A DNA stretch of 64,000 nt from Bdellovibrionales bacterium. Its GTDB lineage: Bacteria > Bdellovibrionota > Bdellovibrionia > Bdellovibrionales > UBA1609. Made by a program: the position numbers and the translations under genes. How positions within the stretch are numbered: position 1 is the first letter of the stretch; the number at the start of each line of letters is the position of its first letter. The notes below the pieces were generated by a model. That model ran no database searches, was not told the origin of the DNA, and saw only the letters and a program-made list of their open reading frames with translations. The stretch covers positions 704,362 through 768,361 of the forward strand of contig OZ241329.1 in NCBI GenBank assembly GCA_965199825.1, read 5' to 3'. Below, one piece after another: positions 35,549 to 46,799 of the stretch.

Positions 35549-37372
35549 CTATTCGATAAAAGTTTTTAAAACTTTGGAACGACTGGGGTGTCGAAGCTTG
35601 CGCAATGCTTTGGCTTCGATTTGCCGAATCCGTTCACGAGTCACGTTAAAATCTTGGCCCACTTCTTCAAGTGTATGATCCGAGTCTTCGCCAATTCCAA
35701 AACGCATGCGAAGAACTTTTTCTTCACGTGCAGTCAGCGACGAAAGCACACGGCGAGTTTGTTCGGCCAAATTTAAATTCACGATGGCTTCGCCTGGGTT
35801 GATCACTTTTTTGTCTTCGATAAAATCACCAAGATGCGAATCTTCTTCTTCGCCCACTGGAGTTTCGAGACTGATCGGTTCTTTGGCAATTTTTAAAACC
35901 TTGCGGACTTTGTCTACAGGCATATCCATTTTTTCGGCGATCTCTTCGGGCATAGGCTCACGACCAAGCTCTTGCACGAGATACCGTGAGGTGCGGACCA
36001 GCTTGTTGATGGTCTCGATCATATGCACAGGAATACGAATGGTGCGGGCTTGATCGGCAATGGCGCGAGTGATCGCTTGGCGAATCCACCATGTGGCGTA
36101 AGTCGAAAATTTATATCCACGACGATATTCAAATTTATCAACAGCCTTCATCAAACCGATGTTGCCCTCTTGGATTAAATCCAAAAATTGCAGACCGCGG
36201 TTGGTATATTTTTTTGCAATCGAAACAACAAGTCGCAAGTTGGCTTCAACCAATTCGGATTTGGCTTTGTCGGCCTCGCGCTCACCTTTCCAAATGGCGG
36301 TGTAAGTATCGCGAATCCATTCGAAACTCATTTCAGAATCATCGCCTAAACGTTCGATTCGGGTTTGGGCATCCCGCGACGACACAACAAAACCGCGAAA
36401 GGTGTTAAAATTGAGGCCGGTGTCTTTGGTCATCTTCGCCACTTCTTGGTCTGAAGATTCGATTGTTTTGTAGCGCGCAATCAATTGTGTGACGTCTTTG
36501 CTAAATGTTTTTTCAACAGCTTCGCGAACACGTCTGCGCAGTTGGGTCATGCGAGTCACAAGGTTTTTAAATTTAATGACGATGCGATTAATCGTTTTAC
36601 GATTAAAGTTGATCGATTCAAAATCGGCCATCAATTCGAGATTGATTTGTGTGAGCTCTTCTTGAGCCAATTTAAATTGTGAGGTCGAAGGCGCATTGTC
36701 CTTCATCAGGCCAAACGCTTTGACCGATTTTTTTTGGTAGCGCTTGACGTGGCCGATGAGCTCATGAATTTTTTCGATGTACTCTTGTTCGTCGTATTGA
36801 GTTTCTTCATCTTCGAGTCCACGAAAAATCGCTTTAATTTTTATACGGCCCTCATCCAAACGTTTTCCGAGTTGGATGATTTCGTTGGTCCCAATCGGCG
36901 ACATTAAAATCGCACGTACAATTTCGCGCTCCCCGTCTTCGATACGGCGGGCGATTTCGACTTCACCTTCGCGAGTCAAAAGAGAAACTGAACCCATCTT
37001 TCGCAAATAAAGTCGAACGGGATCATTCGAGCGAGTGTCTTCTTCGGTTTCGGCTTCTTCCTCTTCTTCTTCTTGTGAAGCGGCGGGATCGGCAAGAAAG
37101 AAGGAATCTTCTTCGTCGTCTTTCTTTAATTCACTCGCATCTGAAATTACTACACCAGCGGTCTCAAGACCTTGCATCAGATGATCAAGGGCTGTGGCCG
37201 AAATAATCTCTTGAGGGAGTTGCTCGTTGATCTCCGCGATCAATAAGCTGCCCTTATCTTTGAAGATTTTTGTAAATCGAAGAATCTCTTCCTTAATCGC
37301 TTCTAGTTGCTGTTCTAGGGTCATTTCATTCACCTTTGATGAGGACTCGGAAGAAGTCTGTTTTTTTGCCAT
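35549..37372 (-). CDS. rpoD: RNA polymerase primary sigma factor (sigma-70)
   Basis: 607 aa with an acidic N-terminal region. Region 2 reads [54 protein letters not shown]. Region 4.2 reads [30 protein letters not shown]. It follows dnaG. Confidence 0.97.
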   Translation of the reverse strand: MAKKQTSSESSSKVNEMTLEQQLEAIKEEILRFTKIFKDKGSLLIAEINEQLPQEIISATALDHLMQGLETAGVVISDASELKKDDEEDSFFLADPAASQEEEEEEAETEEDTRSNDPVRLYLRKMGSVSLLTREGEVEIARRIEDGEREIVRAILMSPIGTNEIIQLGKRLDEGRIKIKAIFRGLEDEETQYDEQEYIEKIHELIGHVKRYQKKSVKAFGLMKDNAPSTSQFKLAQEELTQINLELMADFESINFNRKTINRIVIKFKNLVTRMTQLRRRVREAVEKTFSKDVTQLIARYKTIESSDQEVAKMTKDTGLNFNTFRGFVVSSRDAQTRIERLGDDSEMSFEWIRDTYTAIWKGEREADKAKSELVEANLRLVVSIAKKYTNRGLQFLDLIQEGNIGLMKAVDKFEYRRGYKFSTYATWWIRQAITRAIADQARTIRIPVHMIETINKLVRTSRYLVQELGREPMPEEIAEKMDMPVDKVRKVLKIAKEPISLETPVGEEEDSHLGDFIEDKKVINPGEAIVNLNLAEQTRRVLSSLTAREEKVLRMRFGIGEDSDHTLEEVGQDFNVTRERIRQIEAKALRKLRHPSRSKVLKTFIE

Positions 37373-37392
37373 TTTTCTTTACTCCAGCCAGT

Positions 37393-39216
37393 TCATGTGG
37401 GTTCAGGTTCATTTTTTAGCGCCTGCCTGTCTCGTTGGATATTCATAATCTGTTCCAACTGGCCTAACTGGTCCGTAGCCTTGAGACCGCGCAGGTGCGA
37501 TGTGATCTGCTTTTGTTTGATCCGCAAGTCCGATTCACGAATTTTTCGCGAGCAATCGGAGATCAATTTTTTAGCCCCCTCCCGAGAAATATCCACGAAA
37601 GGTTTGTCGAGATGCAAACTCACGGTGGACGATGGCTTTACTTGCGTTGTTAAGAGACCTGTTAATTTATCAAAATTACTCGGCATTTGTCTATAGATGC
37701 GCTCGATTCGATTAAAAATCTCAACGAGGGCTTTGCTTGCAAACTGACTCATAATGTTACTTGCTAAGATTTCGTCAAGATACTCGGCTCGCAAAAGCGC
37801 AAGATTTAAGAGCTCAATTTCTGCTCGCGGTGCCTTTTCAACCGTGACAAGATCGCTGGGCACGTCAACCGGAGGCGCCACCGTTTGAGAAGTTTTTGGC
37901 GCCTGTTTGGGCACACCTTCCACATTTTTACGGAGTGCCGAGGCCACCCATTTTTGGGGAAGATTCAACCAGCCCGCAAGTTCGTGGCTATACAAATCGC
38001 GCAATCGCTCATCGGGTGAAGCCATCAAAACGGGGCCAAGGATGTCCAAAAGTCGAACTCGATCCGCCTGCGTGCCAGAAAATCCTTTCATATATTTTTG
38101 AATCAACAATGAAAAGAGCTCGGGCGCTGAAAGAAGTAAGCCTTTTAATTTTTCTGGACCATTTGCTTTTAAAAATTCATCGGGATCTTGGGATTGCGGA
38201 AGAATCAATGCGCGTGGAAAAAGCCCTTGCGACAATAAAATCGGAGCCGACCGCTCGGCTGCCGCTTGGCCCGCGTTGTCGCCATCAAAGAGCACCACCA
38301 CATTTTGGGTGTAGCGCTTGAGCAACCGCGCATGATCAACAGTCAAAGCGGTACCTAAGGTGGCCACCACATTTTGAATGCCGGCCTCATAGAGCGCTAA
38401 ATAATCGGTGTAGCCCTCAACAACGATGGCCTGATCTTGAGCACGAATAAATTTGGCTGATTCATTTAATCCGTAAAATAGTCGGCCTTTATGAAAAATG
38501 GGCGAATCCGAACTGTTTAAATATTTTGGCGGATCCTCACCTAGAGCGCGCCCTCCAAATCCGATCACGTCGCCAGCCACCGAAAAAATTGGAAAGATCA
38601 ATCGATTGCGAAAAATATCAAAATATCCAATTTGTGATTTTGTGCTTTTTTTGACGAGACCCAGCTCGGCTGCAACATCGAGCGGAATTTTACGCGCCAT
38701 AAAGATCTTTGTCAGTTGATCCCAAGATTCCGACACATAACCGATTCGAAATCGCTCCACCGCATCTTCAGAAAATCCTCGTGCCTTAAGATAAGTTCTG
38801 ACCGAATGATCTGGGGGACAGTCTTTGAGCCATTTAACAAAATGCTCACTCGCAAATTTTGCGATCTTCATTTGTAGCTTTTTTTTATCGCCTGAGGGTT
38901 GGAACCCCGATCCGGTTTCTTGCGGAAGAGCGATCGCCGCGCGGTTAGCCAAATACTCCACCGCATCAGGAAAATTGAGACCCTGGATTTGCTCAAGAAA
39001 AGTAAAGATGTTGCCTGATTTTTTACAACCAAAACAGTAATAAACTTGTTTTGTTTGGCTTACCGAAAAGCTTGGCGATTTTTCGCGATGATCCGGAAAG
39101 GGACATAGACCATTGAGGTTTGAGCCCGAGGGTTTGAGCTGAGTAAATTGACCGATAATATCGACGATATCATTCGCATCGCGAACCTTTTCGATAAAAT
39201 CCGAATCAAATTTCAT
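37393..39216 (-). CDS. dnaG: DNA primase
   Basis: 607 aa. Zinc ribbon CPFPDHREKSPSFSVSQTKQVYYCFGCKKSGN. TOPRIM strings VVEGYTDYLAL and VLFDGDNAGQAAA. Confidence 0.95.
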   Translation of the reverse strand: MKFDSDFIEKVRDANDIVDIIGQFTQLKPSGSNLNGLCPFPDHREKSPSFSVSQTKQVYYCFGCKKSGNIFTFLEQIQGLNFPDAVEYLANRAAIALPQETGSGFQPSGDKKKLQMKIAKFASEHFVKWLKDCPPDHSVRTYLKARGFSEDAVERFRIGYVSESWDQLTKIFMARKIPLDVAAELGLVKKSTKSQIGYFDIFRNRLIFPIFSVAGDVIGFGGRALGEDPPKYLNSSDSPIFHKGRLFYGLNESAKFIRAQDQAIVVEGYTDYLALYEAGIQNVVATLGTALTVDHARLLKRYTQNVVVLFDGDNAGQAAAERSAPILLSQGLFPRALILPQSQDPDEFLKANGPEKLKGLLLSAPELFSLLIQKYMKGFSGTQADRVRLLDILGPVLMASPDERLRDLYSHELAGWLNLPQKWVASALRKNVEGVPKQAPKTSQTVAPPVDVPSDLVTVEKAPRAEIELLNLALLRAEYLDEILASNIMSQFASKALVEIFNRIERIYRQMPSNFDKLTGLLTTQVKPSSTVSLHLDKPFVDISREGAKKLISDCSRKIRESDLRIKQKQITSHLRGLKATDQLGQLEQIMNIQRDRQALKNEPEPT

Positions 39217-39232
39217 AAGCTCCTAAGCGATT

Positions 39233-39685
39233 TTATGCGCCGGTCAGACTTGCTTTTACAATCTCACTTACGAGTTTGTTGTCGGCAGTCCCTTGGGTAC
39301 GAGCTTGAACTTCTTTGATGACTGCACCCATTTGTTTAATGGATGTAGCACTTAAGGCATTGATGACATCTTTGATTGTAGAACGAACCTGATCTTCAGA
39401 CAGTTGCTGGGGTAAATAAGCTTCGATTAATTTTAATTCTGCAGATTCTTTGTCCACCAGATCCTGCCGATTGGCTTTTTGATACTGGTCGATAGATTCT
39501 TTACGTTGTTTGGCCATTTTTTTAACAACGGCCAAAATATCTTGTTCTGTAATAGCTGCGGGACGAGCTTCGATTTCGCGATTTTTGATGGCTGCCTGTA
39601 AAAAGCGAATTGCATCCACCTTGAGTTGATCTTTGCTTTTCATGGCCTCTTTAAGGTCAGACATCAAATGTTCGCGAAGAGTCAT
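39233..39685 (-). CDS. yqeY: GatB/YqeY domain protein
   Basis: 150 aa. [29 protein letters not shown]...[14 protein letters not shown] is typical of the YqeY family. Its start overlaps the rpsU stop (ATGA). Confidence 0.88.
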   Translation of the reverse strand: MTLREHLMSDLKEAMKSKDQLKVDAIRFLQAAIKNREIEARPAAITEQDILAVVKKMAKQRKESIDQYQKANRQDLVDKESAELKLIEAYLPQQLSEDQVRSTIKDVINALSATSIKQMGAVIKEVQARTQGTADNKLVSEIVKASLTGA

Positions 39686-39891
39686 AAGGTTGGACCCATT
39701 TTCTTCTGTTTCTTAATTAAACGCTTACGTGCTGCTATCGACTTTTTCTTGAGACGCACACTCGGTTTTTCAAAGTGCTCGCGCTTTTTAATTTCTGAAA
39801 GCAAACCAGATTTTTCACAGGCTTTTTTAAAACGACGGAACGCTTGTTCAAAGCCTTCACCATCGCGGATACGAATCACTGCCACAACCAA
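39682..39891 (-). CDS. rpsU: 30S ribosomal protein S21
   Basis: [52 protein letters not shown] matches the S21 pattern. The start is ambiguous: TTG at 39891, or GTG at 39885 behind AGGTGA. Confidence 0.9.
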   Translation of the reverse strand: MVVAVIRIRDGEGFEQAFRRFKKACEKSGLLSEIKKREHFEKPSVRLKKKSIAARKRLIKKQKKMGPTL

Positions 39892-39961
39892 TCACCTGCC
39901 TCTCAGATTTTTAAAAAAAGAACTTTCGTGTTTACTCTGTTGATTGTAGCAATAGCAAAGC

Positions 39962-40447
39962 ATGACGCAACAGTCAAAAGATGAAGTGATAATGAGCCGA
40001 GCTTTAGAGCTGGCACGAATGGCCCAGGCGCAAGGCGATATTCCGGTGGGTGCAGTGATCGTTCGTAACGGCGTGATCATTGCTGAATCCTTTAACGAAA
40101 AAGAATTTAGCCATTCTGCAACCTACCATGCCGAGATTTTGGCGATCGAGCGGGCCTCCAAATTACTTAAATCTTGGCGCCTGACCGACTGCACCCTTTA
40201 CGTCACCCTTGAGCCTTGCGTGATGTGTGCAGGAGCCATTATTCAGGCGCGTTTAGAGCGCGTGGTGTTTGGGTGTACCGATCTCAAAGCCGGTGGGATT
40301 TCATTATTTTCTATTTTGTCTGATGCGCGTCTGAACCATCGACCCGTGGTTGAAGGGGGATGCCTCGCTGCACTGTGCTCGCAAATTTTGCGCGAATTTT
40401 TTATGACACGCCGAAACCAACTGCGCCTCGAAAGGGCACAACTTTAG
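39962..40447 (+). CDS. tadA: tRNA-specific adenosine deaminase
   Basis: 161 aa with the CDA zinc motifs HAEILAIE and LEPCVMCAGAI. Confidence 0.9.
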   Translation: MTQQSKDEVIMSRALELARMAQAQGDIPVGAVIVRNGVIIAESFNEKEFSHSATYHAEILAIERASKLLKSWRLTDCTLYVTLEPCVMCAGAIIQARLERVVFGCTDLKAGGISLFSILSDARLNHRPVVEGGCLAALCSQILREFFMTRRNQLRLERAQL

Positions 40448-40495
40448 TCCCTGAAATTGATCAAGTTTTGGCTAATTTCTGACGATAACTTGAAT

Positions 40496-43400
40496 ATGCT
40501 TCAGAGGATCCCGCTTGCGCTTTTATTGCCGATTTTGTTGCTGCTGAGCGGTTGTATCAAATTAAACCAATCTTTTTTAAGTTCGAGCTCACCCACACCG
40601 CGGGTGTTATCGGTTGAAGAATCGACGGTGGAATTTGCCACCGGCAACAATTTTCTAAGCTGGAGTTTTGGCGCACAATCGACATCGACCCAAATTAGTT
40701 TGGGATCGCAAATTGAGGTGCGCCTCACTACTCGAGATCAATTTGGAAATGTTTTTGTTTCGCGCGCAGACTTATCGCCAACTTTTGAAGTCGCGGGTGG
40801 CTTAAGCCAAGGCAGTTTTTCTAACGTCACCGACAATCATAACGGAACTTATACCGCTACCTTCACCGCACACACGTCGGGGACACCTTCGGCGCTTCAG
40901 GTGAGTATCGGAAGTGTGTCGGTTCCCCAAACACCAGAGATCGTGGTTGTGTCTTCGCTCTTAGTTTTAAGCACGCCCACAAATTTTTTAACAAACCACA
41001 CTACGGCTCATGTGACCGGCACGTGCACCTCGGGACTTTCAGTCTCCGTGAGTGGTGCAGGCCTGGTAGGAACTCCCAGCGGCAACTGCACGTCCTCACA
41101 GTTTGATATCGTCGTTACATTCACTACCAACGACGGTTCAAAAGATTTTGTAATCTCACAAACCGGGACAGATCAAAACACCAGCACTCTTTCGCTTTCT
41201 TTTATTTTGGATACCACGCCTCCGGTTGTGAGCTTTTTGTTGCCGCAAGCCAATCAGTCGTTTTCTTCGGGTTTAACTCTGACCGGCGCTTGCGAATCTT
41301 CACCAGGGGTTGTTACAATTGGTGGATCGGGCTTGGTAGGTCAAGTCACAACCACCTGTGATCTCAATCAATACACTCAATTTGTTTATCTTTCTTCTGG
41401 CGATGGAACAAAAGTTTTGACCATTTCGCAAACCGATCTTGCGGGCAATGTCAGTGCTTTACTTAGCCGTTCATTTATTAAAGACACACTTGCACCGGTA
41501 ATTACCGAAACGACGCTACCTTCGATGTCTTATTCCAACACCAACTCGGTAACCTTTGGTGGAAGCTGCGAAGCTTTATTGCCCATAGTGGTTTCGGGTT
41601 CAGATACAGGAAGTTTTGCTTGCCCTAATACCGGAACATGGACTTACGCCGTCACTGCGGTGAGCACCGATGCGGTTCGTAATTACACCTTTAGCCAAAC
41701 CGATGCGGCAGGAAATTCGGCAAGCGTTGGTGCGGGTTGGTTTCGAAAAACCACAACTCCATTGTTTACTTTGGATCAAAACCCAACCGTGACAACCTCG
41801 AGCAACTCAGTCGTGTTTAGTGGAAGCTGTGCGATTGGATCGAGCATCGCGATAAACGGAGGGGCGACTCAGAGTCTCTCATGTTCGGGTGGTGCTTGGT
41901 CTTTAACTGCGACAAGTTCGGTTGATGGAACGTTCAACTATACGTTTATTGAAACCGATCAGGCGGGCAACACCAAAACACTGAACAGCACTTGGACTCG
42001 GAGTACACTTGGGCCAACCATTACAATTGATCAATCAAGCCCGATTCTCTCGGCCTCGGGCTCTGCAACATTCAGCGGGACTTGTTTTTCTGGTGGATCG
42101 CCAATCCAATCCTTTAATGTAACAGGTGCCACAAATTCGACGATTGCCTGCAACAGCAATGTGTTCACTTACATCGCCACAGCCACAACCGATGGAACTT
42201 ACAATTATGTTTTCACCATTGTGAATACCGCGGGATTGCAGTCGAGTGCCGCGATCACCTGGAAGCGAGATGCCTCAGCCCCAATTGCAACTTCATTCTC
42301 GATTAACGGTGCATCTGCGGGTTCAAGTAACAGTCCCTTTGTCACTGCCGCTTTTCAAGCCACCGACAATTTGACGTTTGTAAATAGATTTTGTGTAAAG
42401 ACAGATAGTGCGCAACCTTTGGTCTCGGATGCCTGTTGGTATCCTATTAACGGTCCACAAACCAATGTGGTTCCATCAAACTCGGTGAGTGTCTCTGGAT
42501 ATAACTTTCAAGTGGGCATCACACCCTCTTCTTATACCGCCTATTTATGGTTGATGGACAGTGCCGGCAACATGACGAGCAATTTAAATATACAAGGTCG
42601 CGATATGGCAACCGTCAATTATCAACCGCTTGCTGCACCCACCGTAAATAGCGTGATCGTTGGCAACGCCGATGTGATGAACGGCGCAATCGCTGAGCGC
42701 ACCATCACCGGAGGTGCTAACGTCTTTATTCGTTGGAATGCTCAAGGCGCCTCTCTGGGTTCGAGTCCGGTGAGTTTATCTTTTACTACTGACGATCAAA
42801 ATTGGAATGTGATCACCAACGGCCTTAGCAATGGCAATACAGGTTGTAGCTCGATCACTGGCACCGGGACTGCGAGTCCCACAGCGACCGGATGTTACAA
42901 ATGGGTTTCTGGTTCACCGTCGCCCAATTACTACAAGATTCGTGTTTCGATTTCGAATACCGCGGGCACAACGACCTTTGCCAATTCTCTTCCGATCAAT
43001 TCGTCGTCGCTGCAAATTTTGGCGGGAAATACCGAAGCAGGATTGAACGGTTCTGCTCAAAGTGCATTTTTTAATTTTAATCCCTATAACTCTACCGACA
43101 TTGCTCTTAAGTCCGACGGCACACTTTTTATTAATGATGCCACCTATGGAATTTTGTTTGTGAATCCGAGCGATGGACGACTGCAAAAATTGATTGGGCT
43201 TGGGGCTTTGAGTGCAGGCGAAGGTGATAACGGCTCGGTGGCTGCTGCAAAACTTTTGGCGCCGCGAGCTCTCAATTTTGATTTTCAAGATCGATTGTTG
43301 ATTGTTGATGATACCCGCATTCGCCGCGTGGACTTAAGTCAAAGTCCACCCACAATCACCACACTGATTGGTGGTGGGACTGCAACAACAGATACCGTTG

Positions 43401-45091
43401 CGGTGGCCAAAAATTTAAGTCTTGCAAGCCCTGGCAACGTGAATGCACCGCTTAAAGTTTTGCCCAATGGCGATATCTATTTTTATTCTGAAGGTTACGG
43501 GAAGTCTTCAAACCACCGCATACGACATTATTCTGCATCATCTGGCGGGATCACAAGTTTGCAACCGAATGGTACCGCTAATCTTGGTACTTTTTCAGTT
43601 ACTCCAGCCAACTGCAACATCACCGGATTTTTTCTAAGCTATGATCCGGTTTCGAGTTTGCTCAAAAAATTTGTGATCCAGACCCAATCCAATCCGGGCG
43701 GAAGTTATTATCCAAACTGTAATTCGATCTCGAGTTATTTTGGAAACAGTTATGAGATTGATCCAATGAACGGCGCAATTTCAACCGAACCCACCTATTC
43801 GTTTGCTGATAATAATCTGACCGGAAGTGACACTTCTGTTGAAACTGGCGAGGTGCCTTCAAAAGATGGGCATGCTTATCTTCGCAACTCCTCTTTGTTG
43901 CGCAAATATGACGACACCTCGAGAACATGGACCACTGTTCTCGGAACAGGAACAAGCGGAAGTTGCGTTGATGGAACCGCCGCCGCGTCTTGTGCGGTTT
44001 CTTTGACCGGTGCTTATGTTGATTCCCATAGTAATGTGTATTTTGCCGATGGCGGACTGATTCGATCTATTGCCAATGGCAAAGTGGTCACCATTTATGG
44101 TCAGACCAGTTCGTTTGGTGATGGCGGCGCAGCGGTCAGTGCTCGCTTTGGTCAAGTGGTGAGCATTGAACAACGAAACGACGGAGCCTTTGTTCTGCTC
44201 GATACCTTGACCAAAAAGTTTCGCAAATTTTTAAGAGGCGGCATGATTTCCACAATTGCCGGAAACGGTGGCGATGGATTTCCAACCTTTGGGCAACCCG
44301 CGATCAACCAACCCCTTTCAACATTTCGATTTTATGGATTATCACTGCAGCCTGGATTTTTTATTGATCCGTCGACAAATGATTTGGTGTATTCGACCAC
44401 TGGGCCGCTGATTGTTTTATCGGATTCAACTGGCACATGGTCTTCATTAAGCGGGTCTAATTTAGCGGTGACCGATCCGGCTGCCAATGGCGCACGGATT
44501 TCACAAATCAATGTGACCACACAAGATATTCCCACTCGATTGGTTGGAGTAAGTGCAACAAGTTTTCTTTACTCAGCTGCCGATCACTCAGGAAATGTTC
44601 AGCGCACTGACGTCAATTACTCAACCGGAGTAAATACTTTTGATTTATGGCCAAATACCGGCGCGAGCTATTCGTTATGTCCTGATGGCACATCGGTCCA
44701 AGCGTGCGCGGGATATCCCACATCAGGTATCAATTCTTTTGATCCGGTCAATAGCCAATGGCTTGAATTGATCGCAGACAATATGACAATTCGCTCGTAT
44801 GGAAGTAGCGGGGTGATTTCGACTTTAACAACACTTTCAAATCCAGCCACGGGTTGGGTGTTTCAACGTAGCAACTCAAATCCTTATGTCTTTTATTGTT
44901 CGAGTGCGACCAACACCATTATCCGTCGCAATATTGCATCGAATACCGAGACCGCCCTCCCCTGGCCGATCGCTTCGATTCAGTGTGCACCCTATAATTT
45001 GATTTATGATTCGACAGCTCACAGCGTGGTCTTTCCATTTACTCAAAATGGATTTTACGGCGTGGGCGAGCTCCTCAATGTTGATCCTTAA
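40496..45091 (+). CDS. giant surface lipoprotein: about 10 Ig-like/BIg-type modules plus a C-terminal NHL/beta-propeller-like region
   Basis: The ATG at 40496 gives MLQRIPLALLLPILLLLSGCIK, a classical lipobox. The track start at 40457 is a TTG 10 nt after tadA. Repeated ~90-aa modules follow the pattern ...V.F.GSC......V.G.......C......W.Y........DG...Y.F.QTD.AGN. The C-terminal half has GDGG.A..A-type NHL strings. Confidence 0.7.
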   Translation: MLQRIPLALLLPILLLLSGCIKLNQSFLSSSSPTPRVLSVEESTVEFATGNNFLSWSFGAQSTSTQISLGSQIEVRLTTRDQFGNVFVSRADLSPTFEVAGGLSQGSFSNVTDNHNGTYTATFTAHTSGTPSALQVSIGSVSVPQTPEIVVVSSLLVLSTPTNFLTNHTTAHVTGTCTSGLSVSVSGAGLVGTPSGNCTSSQFDIVVTFTTNDGSKDFVISQTGTDQNTSTLSLSFILDTTPPVVSFLLPQANQSFSSGLTLTGACESSPGVVTIGGSGLVGQVTTTCDLNQYTQFVYLSSGDGTKVLTISQTDLAGNVSALLSRSFIKDTLAPVITETTLPSMSYSNTNSVTFGGSCEALLPIVVSGSDTGSFACPNTGTWTYAVTAVSTDAVRNYTFSQTDAAGNSASVGAGWFRKTTTPLFTLDQNPTVTTSSNSVVFSGSCAIGSSIAINGGATQSLSCSGGAWSLTATSSVDGTFNYTFIETDQAGNTKTLNSTWTRSTLGPTITIDQSSPILSASGSATFSGTCFSGGSPIQSFNVTGATNSTIACNSNVFTYIATATTDGTYNYVFTIVNTAGLQSSAAITWKRDASAPIATSFSINGASAGSSNSPFVTAAFQATDNLTFVNRFCVKTDSAQPLVSDACWYPINGPQTNVVPSNSVSVSGYNFQVGITPSSYTAYLWLMDSAGNMTSNLNIQGRDMATVNYQPLAAPTVNSVIVGNADVMNGAIAERTITGGANVFIRWNAQGASLGSSPVSLSFTTDDQNWNVITNGLSNGNTGCSSITGTGTASPTATGCYKWVSGSPSPNYYKIRVSISNTAGTTTFANSLPINSSSLQILAGNTEAGLNGSAQSAFFNFNPYNSTDIALKSDGTLFINDATYGILFVNPSDGRLQKLIGLGALSAGEGDNGSVAAAKLLAPRALNFDFQDRLLIVDDTRIRRVDLSQSPPTITTLIGGGTATTDTVAVAKNLSLASPGNVNAPLKVLPNGDIYFYSEGYGKSSNHRIRHYSASSGGITSLQPNGTANLGTFSVTPANCNITGFFLSYDPVSSLLKKFVIQTQSNPGGSYYPNCNSISSYFGNSYEIDPMNGAISTEPTYSFADNNLTGSDTSVETGEVPSKDGHAYLRNSSLLRKYDDTSRTWTTVLGTGTSGSCVDGTAAASCAVSLTGAYVDSHSNVYFADGGLIRSIANGKVVTIYGQTSSFGDGGAAVSARFGQVVSIEQRNDGAFVLLDTLTKKFRKFLRGGMISTIAGNGGDGFPTFGQPAINQPLSTFRFYGLSLQPGFFIDPSTNDLVYSTTGPLIVLSDSTGTWSSLSGSNLAVTDPAANGARISQINVTTQDIPTRLVGVSATSFLYSAADHSGNVQRTDVNYSTGVNTFDLWPNTGASYSLCPDGTSVQACAGYPTSGINSFDPVNSQWLELIADNMTIRSYGSSGVISTLTTLSNPATGWVFQRSNSNPYVFYCSSATNTIIRRNIASNTETALPWPIASIQCAPYNLIYDSTAHSVVFPFTQNGFYGVGELLNVDP

Positions 45092-46482
45092 TTGAGATCG
45101 ACAGTGCTGTCTGGGGCTTCGGCAAATGAACTTCCGGCTGCATTTTGAGTGCTCGCCGCAGCAGAGCCATAAGAATAAATCACAGATTTTTTAGTCGCTT
45201 TAAATCCAAAACCACCATTGTCGTGCGAAAGCGCGCCGCTGCCTTCCACTGTCGAGTTGGTATCAGCACCTATTCCGTCGAATTTATTAAACGCAGTTTC
45301 AACTCCATCGATGTTTGCTCCGCTGCCGCCTGATACCAAAATTCCGCCAGAGTTATTATTAAAGTGCGCGTGAGAAAATTCGATATAGCCATTTTGTTTC
45401 ACCAAGCCACCATAGCTTTGGCCGTTTTCTGCATGAACCAGGTGCGCCCACATCGAGGCGGAAGTCTGTGCTGCAAACCCGGCAACTTGCGCATCGGCTC
45501 CGTAACTTCCATCGACGTACATTGACGCCGAAGACTCGGCGAGAAAATTAAATCCTAAAACAACGGTGCCCCCAAACTGATCCAGCGTAATATGTGATGC
45601 GGTAATGCCCCGGCACGAGAGGCAAGTGATGTGGGAATTAAATCGCGCAAGAAAATTCACATCGCCAGAATTATTGACCTCGACGCCATTGTCGTTAAAA
45701 ATACTTGAGCCGTTATCTGCAAGCTCACCATAATAACAATTGTTTATGTGTATATTCGAACCAACACGAATCTGAGATCCCGATCCTGTGGCCTGAATCC
45801 CCGCTCCGTAAGCTTGGAGATTCCAATCCGAGCGGCCAATTCTGGCGCCAACGCAGTTGATGGACAATCCATCAACTAAACCAATACGGCCACCATCCAT
45901 TGCGATAAAAGCATTTTTATTGTTGGTCGCATCAAAATTTAAAATCACTTTTGAGAGATCACTTTGGTTTCCCAAAATTTTAACATTTCCATATTGCGGG
46001 TTATTCACAATAAATTGATCGGGCACCACATAATTGCCATCCGCAATTTTGATTGTGACGATCGCGCCGCCAACAATATTTTTGCTGTCGAGATAAGCCT
46101 TGGCCGCAATCAGAGTTGGATAATCCGCAGGAACATTCAGAGTTACACTGGTTGTGATGTCATTTGCTGAAATGGTGCTTGGTGTTCCATTTGCCCCGAT
46201 GCATGTTGGAAAAGCAAAGGAGCCCGAAAACACGCCGTCTTTACACACCCGTTTTTCAACCGCGCATTGGCCATCAGCCGTTGCCTGGGGTGTTTGATAG
46301 GCCTCGATCTCGGCATTGTCAGCGACCGGAAAGCCATTGAACAAACAGTTAGTGCTGAGCGCAATTGGAGTTGTGGATGAGCTGTCGAGAGACATTGTTC
46401 TCAATGAGCCGCAATTTTGAAAGCTCAAGATGAGAACCGCTCCAGCTAAAAGCAATATTTTCTGAGGTTTCGATTTTGGCAT
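45088..46482 (-). CDS. lipoprotein, beta-helix-like
   Basis: MPKSKPQKILLLAGAVLILSFQNCGS. Gly/Asn/Ser-rich ~20-25-aa pseudo-repeats. Its 3' end overlaps the convergent giant gene by 4 nt. Confidence 0.6.
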   Translation of the reverse strand: MPKSKPQKILLLAGAVLILSFQNCGSLRTMSLDSSSTTPIALSTNCLFNGFPVADNAEIEAYQTPQATADGQCAVEKRVCKDGVFSGSFAFPTCIGANGTPSTISANDITTSVTLNVPADYPTLIAAKAYLDSKNIVGGAIVTIKIADGNYVVPDQFIVNNPQYGNVKILGNQSDLSKVILNFDATNNKNAFIAMDGGRIGLVDGLSINCVGARIGRSDWNLQAYGAGIQATGSGSQIRVGSNIHINNCYYGELADNGSSIFNDNGVEVNNSGDVNFLARFNSHITCLSCRGITASHITLDQFGGTVVLGFNFLAESSASMYVDGSYGADAQVAGFAAQTSASMWAHLVHAENGQSYGGLVKQNGYIEFSHAHFNNNSGGILVSGGSGANIDGVETAFNKFDGIGADTNSTVEGSGALSHDNGGFGFKATKKSVIYSYGSAAASTQNAAGSSFAEAPDSTVDLN

Positions 46483-46633
46483 GTGTCATCATACCATAAT
46501 GCAACACCGGCAGAGAAATCAGCGATCTGACCTTGGACCATTTTGATACGCTGTTGGCTTGGGCTAAATGCTTAAATTTCATTAGTGACTGAAAATGAGA
46601 ATGCTGATAGTCCTGCCGACTCCGAAAACCTGC

Positions 46634-46723
46634 GGAGAGGTGGCCGAGTGGTTTATGGCACACGCCTGGAACGCGTGCGAAGGTTCATCCCTTCCGTGAG
46701 TTCGAATCTCACCTTCTCCGCCA
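46634..46723 (+). tRNA. tRNA-Ser (anticodon GGA)
   Basis: GGAGAGG-TG-GCCGAGTGGTTTATGGC-A-CACGC-CTGGAAC-GCGTG-CGAAGGTTCATCCCTTCC-GTGAG-TTCGAAT-CTCAC-CTTCTCC-G-CCA. 90 nt with the long variable arm typical of class II tRNAs and CCA encoded. Confidence 0.92.
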
Positions 46724-46799
46724 AATTCTATTGATGTTTCATTTTGTCTTCATGAACTGTATACGCAAGATCACCAACGCAATGATGGTGAGTAATGGT

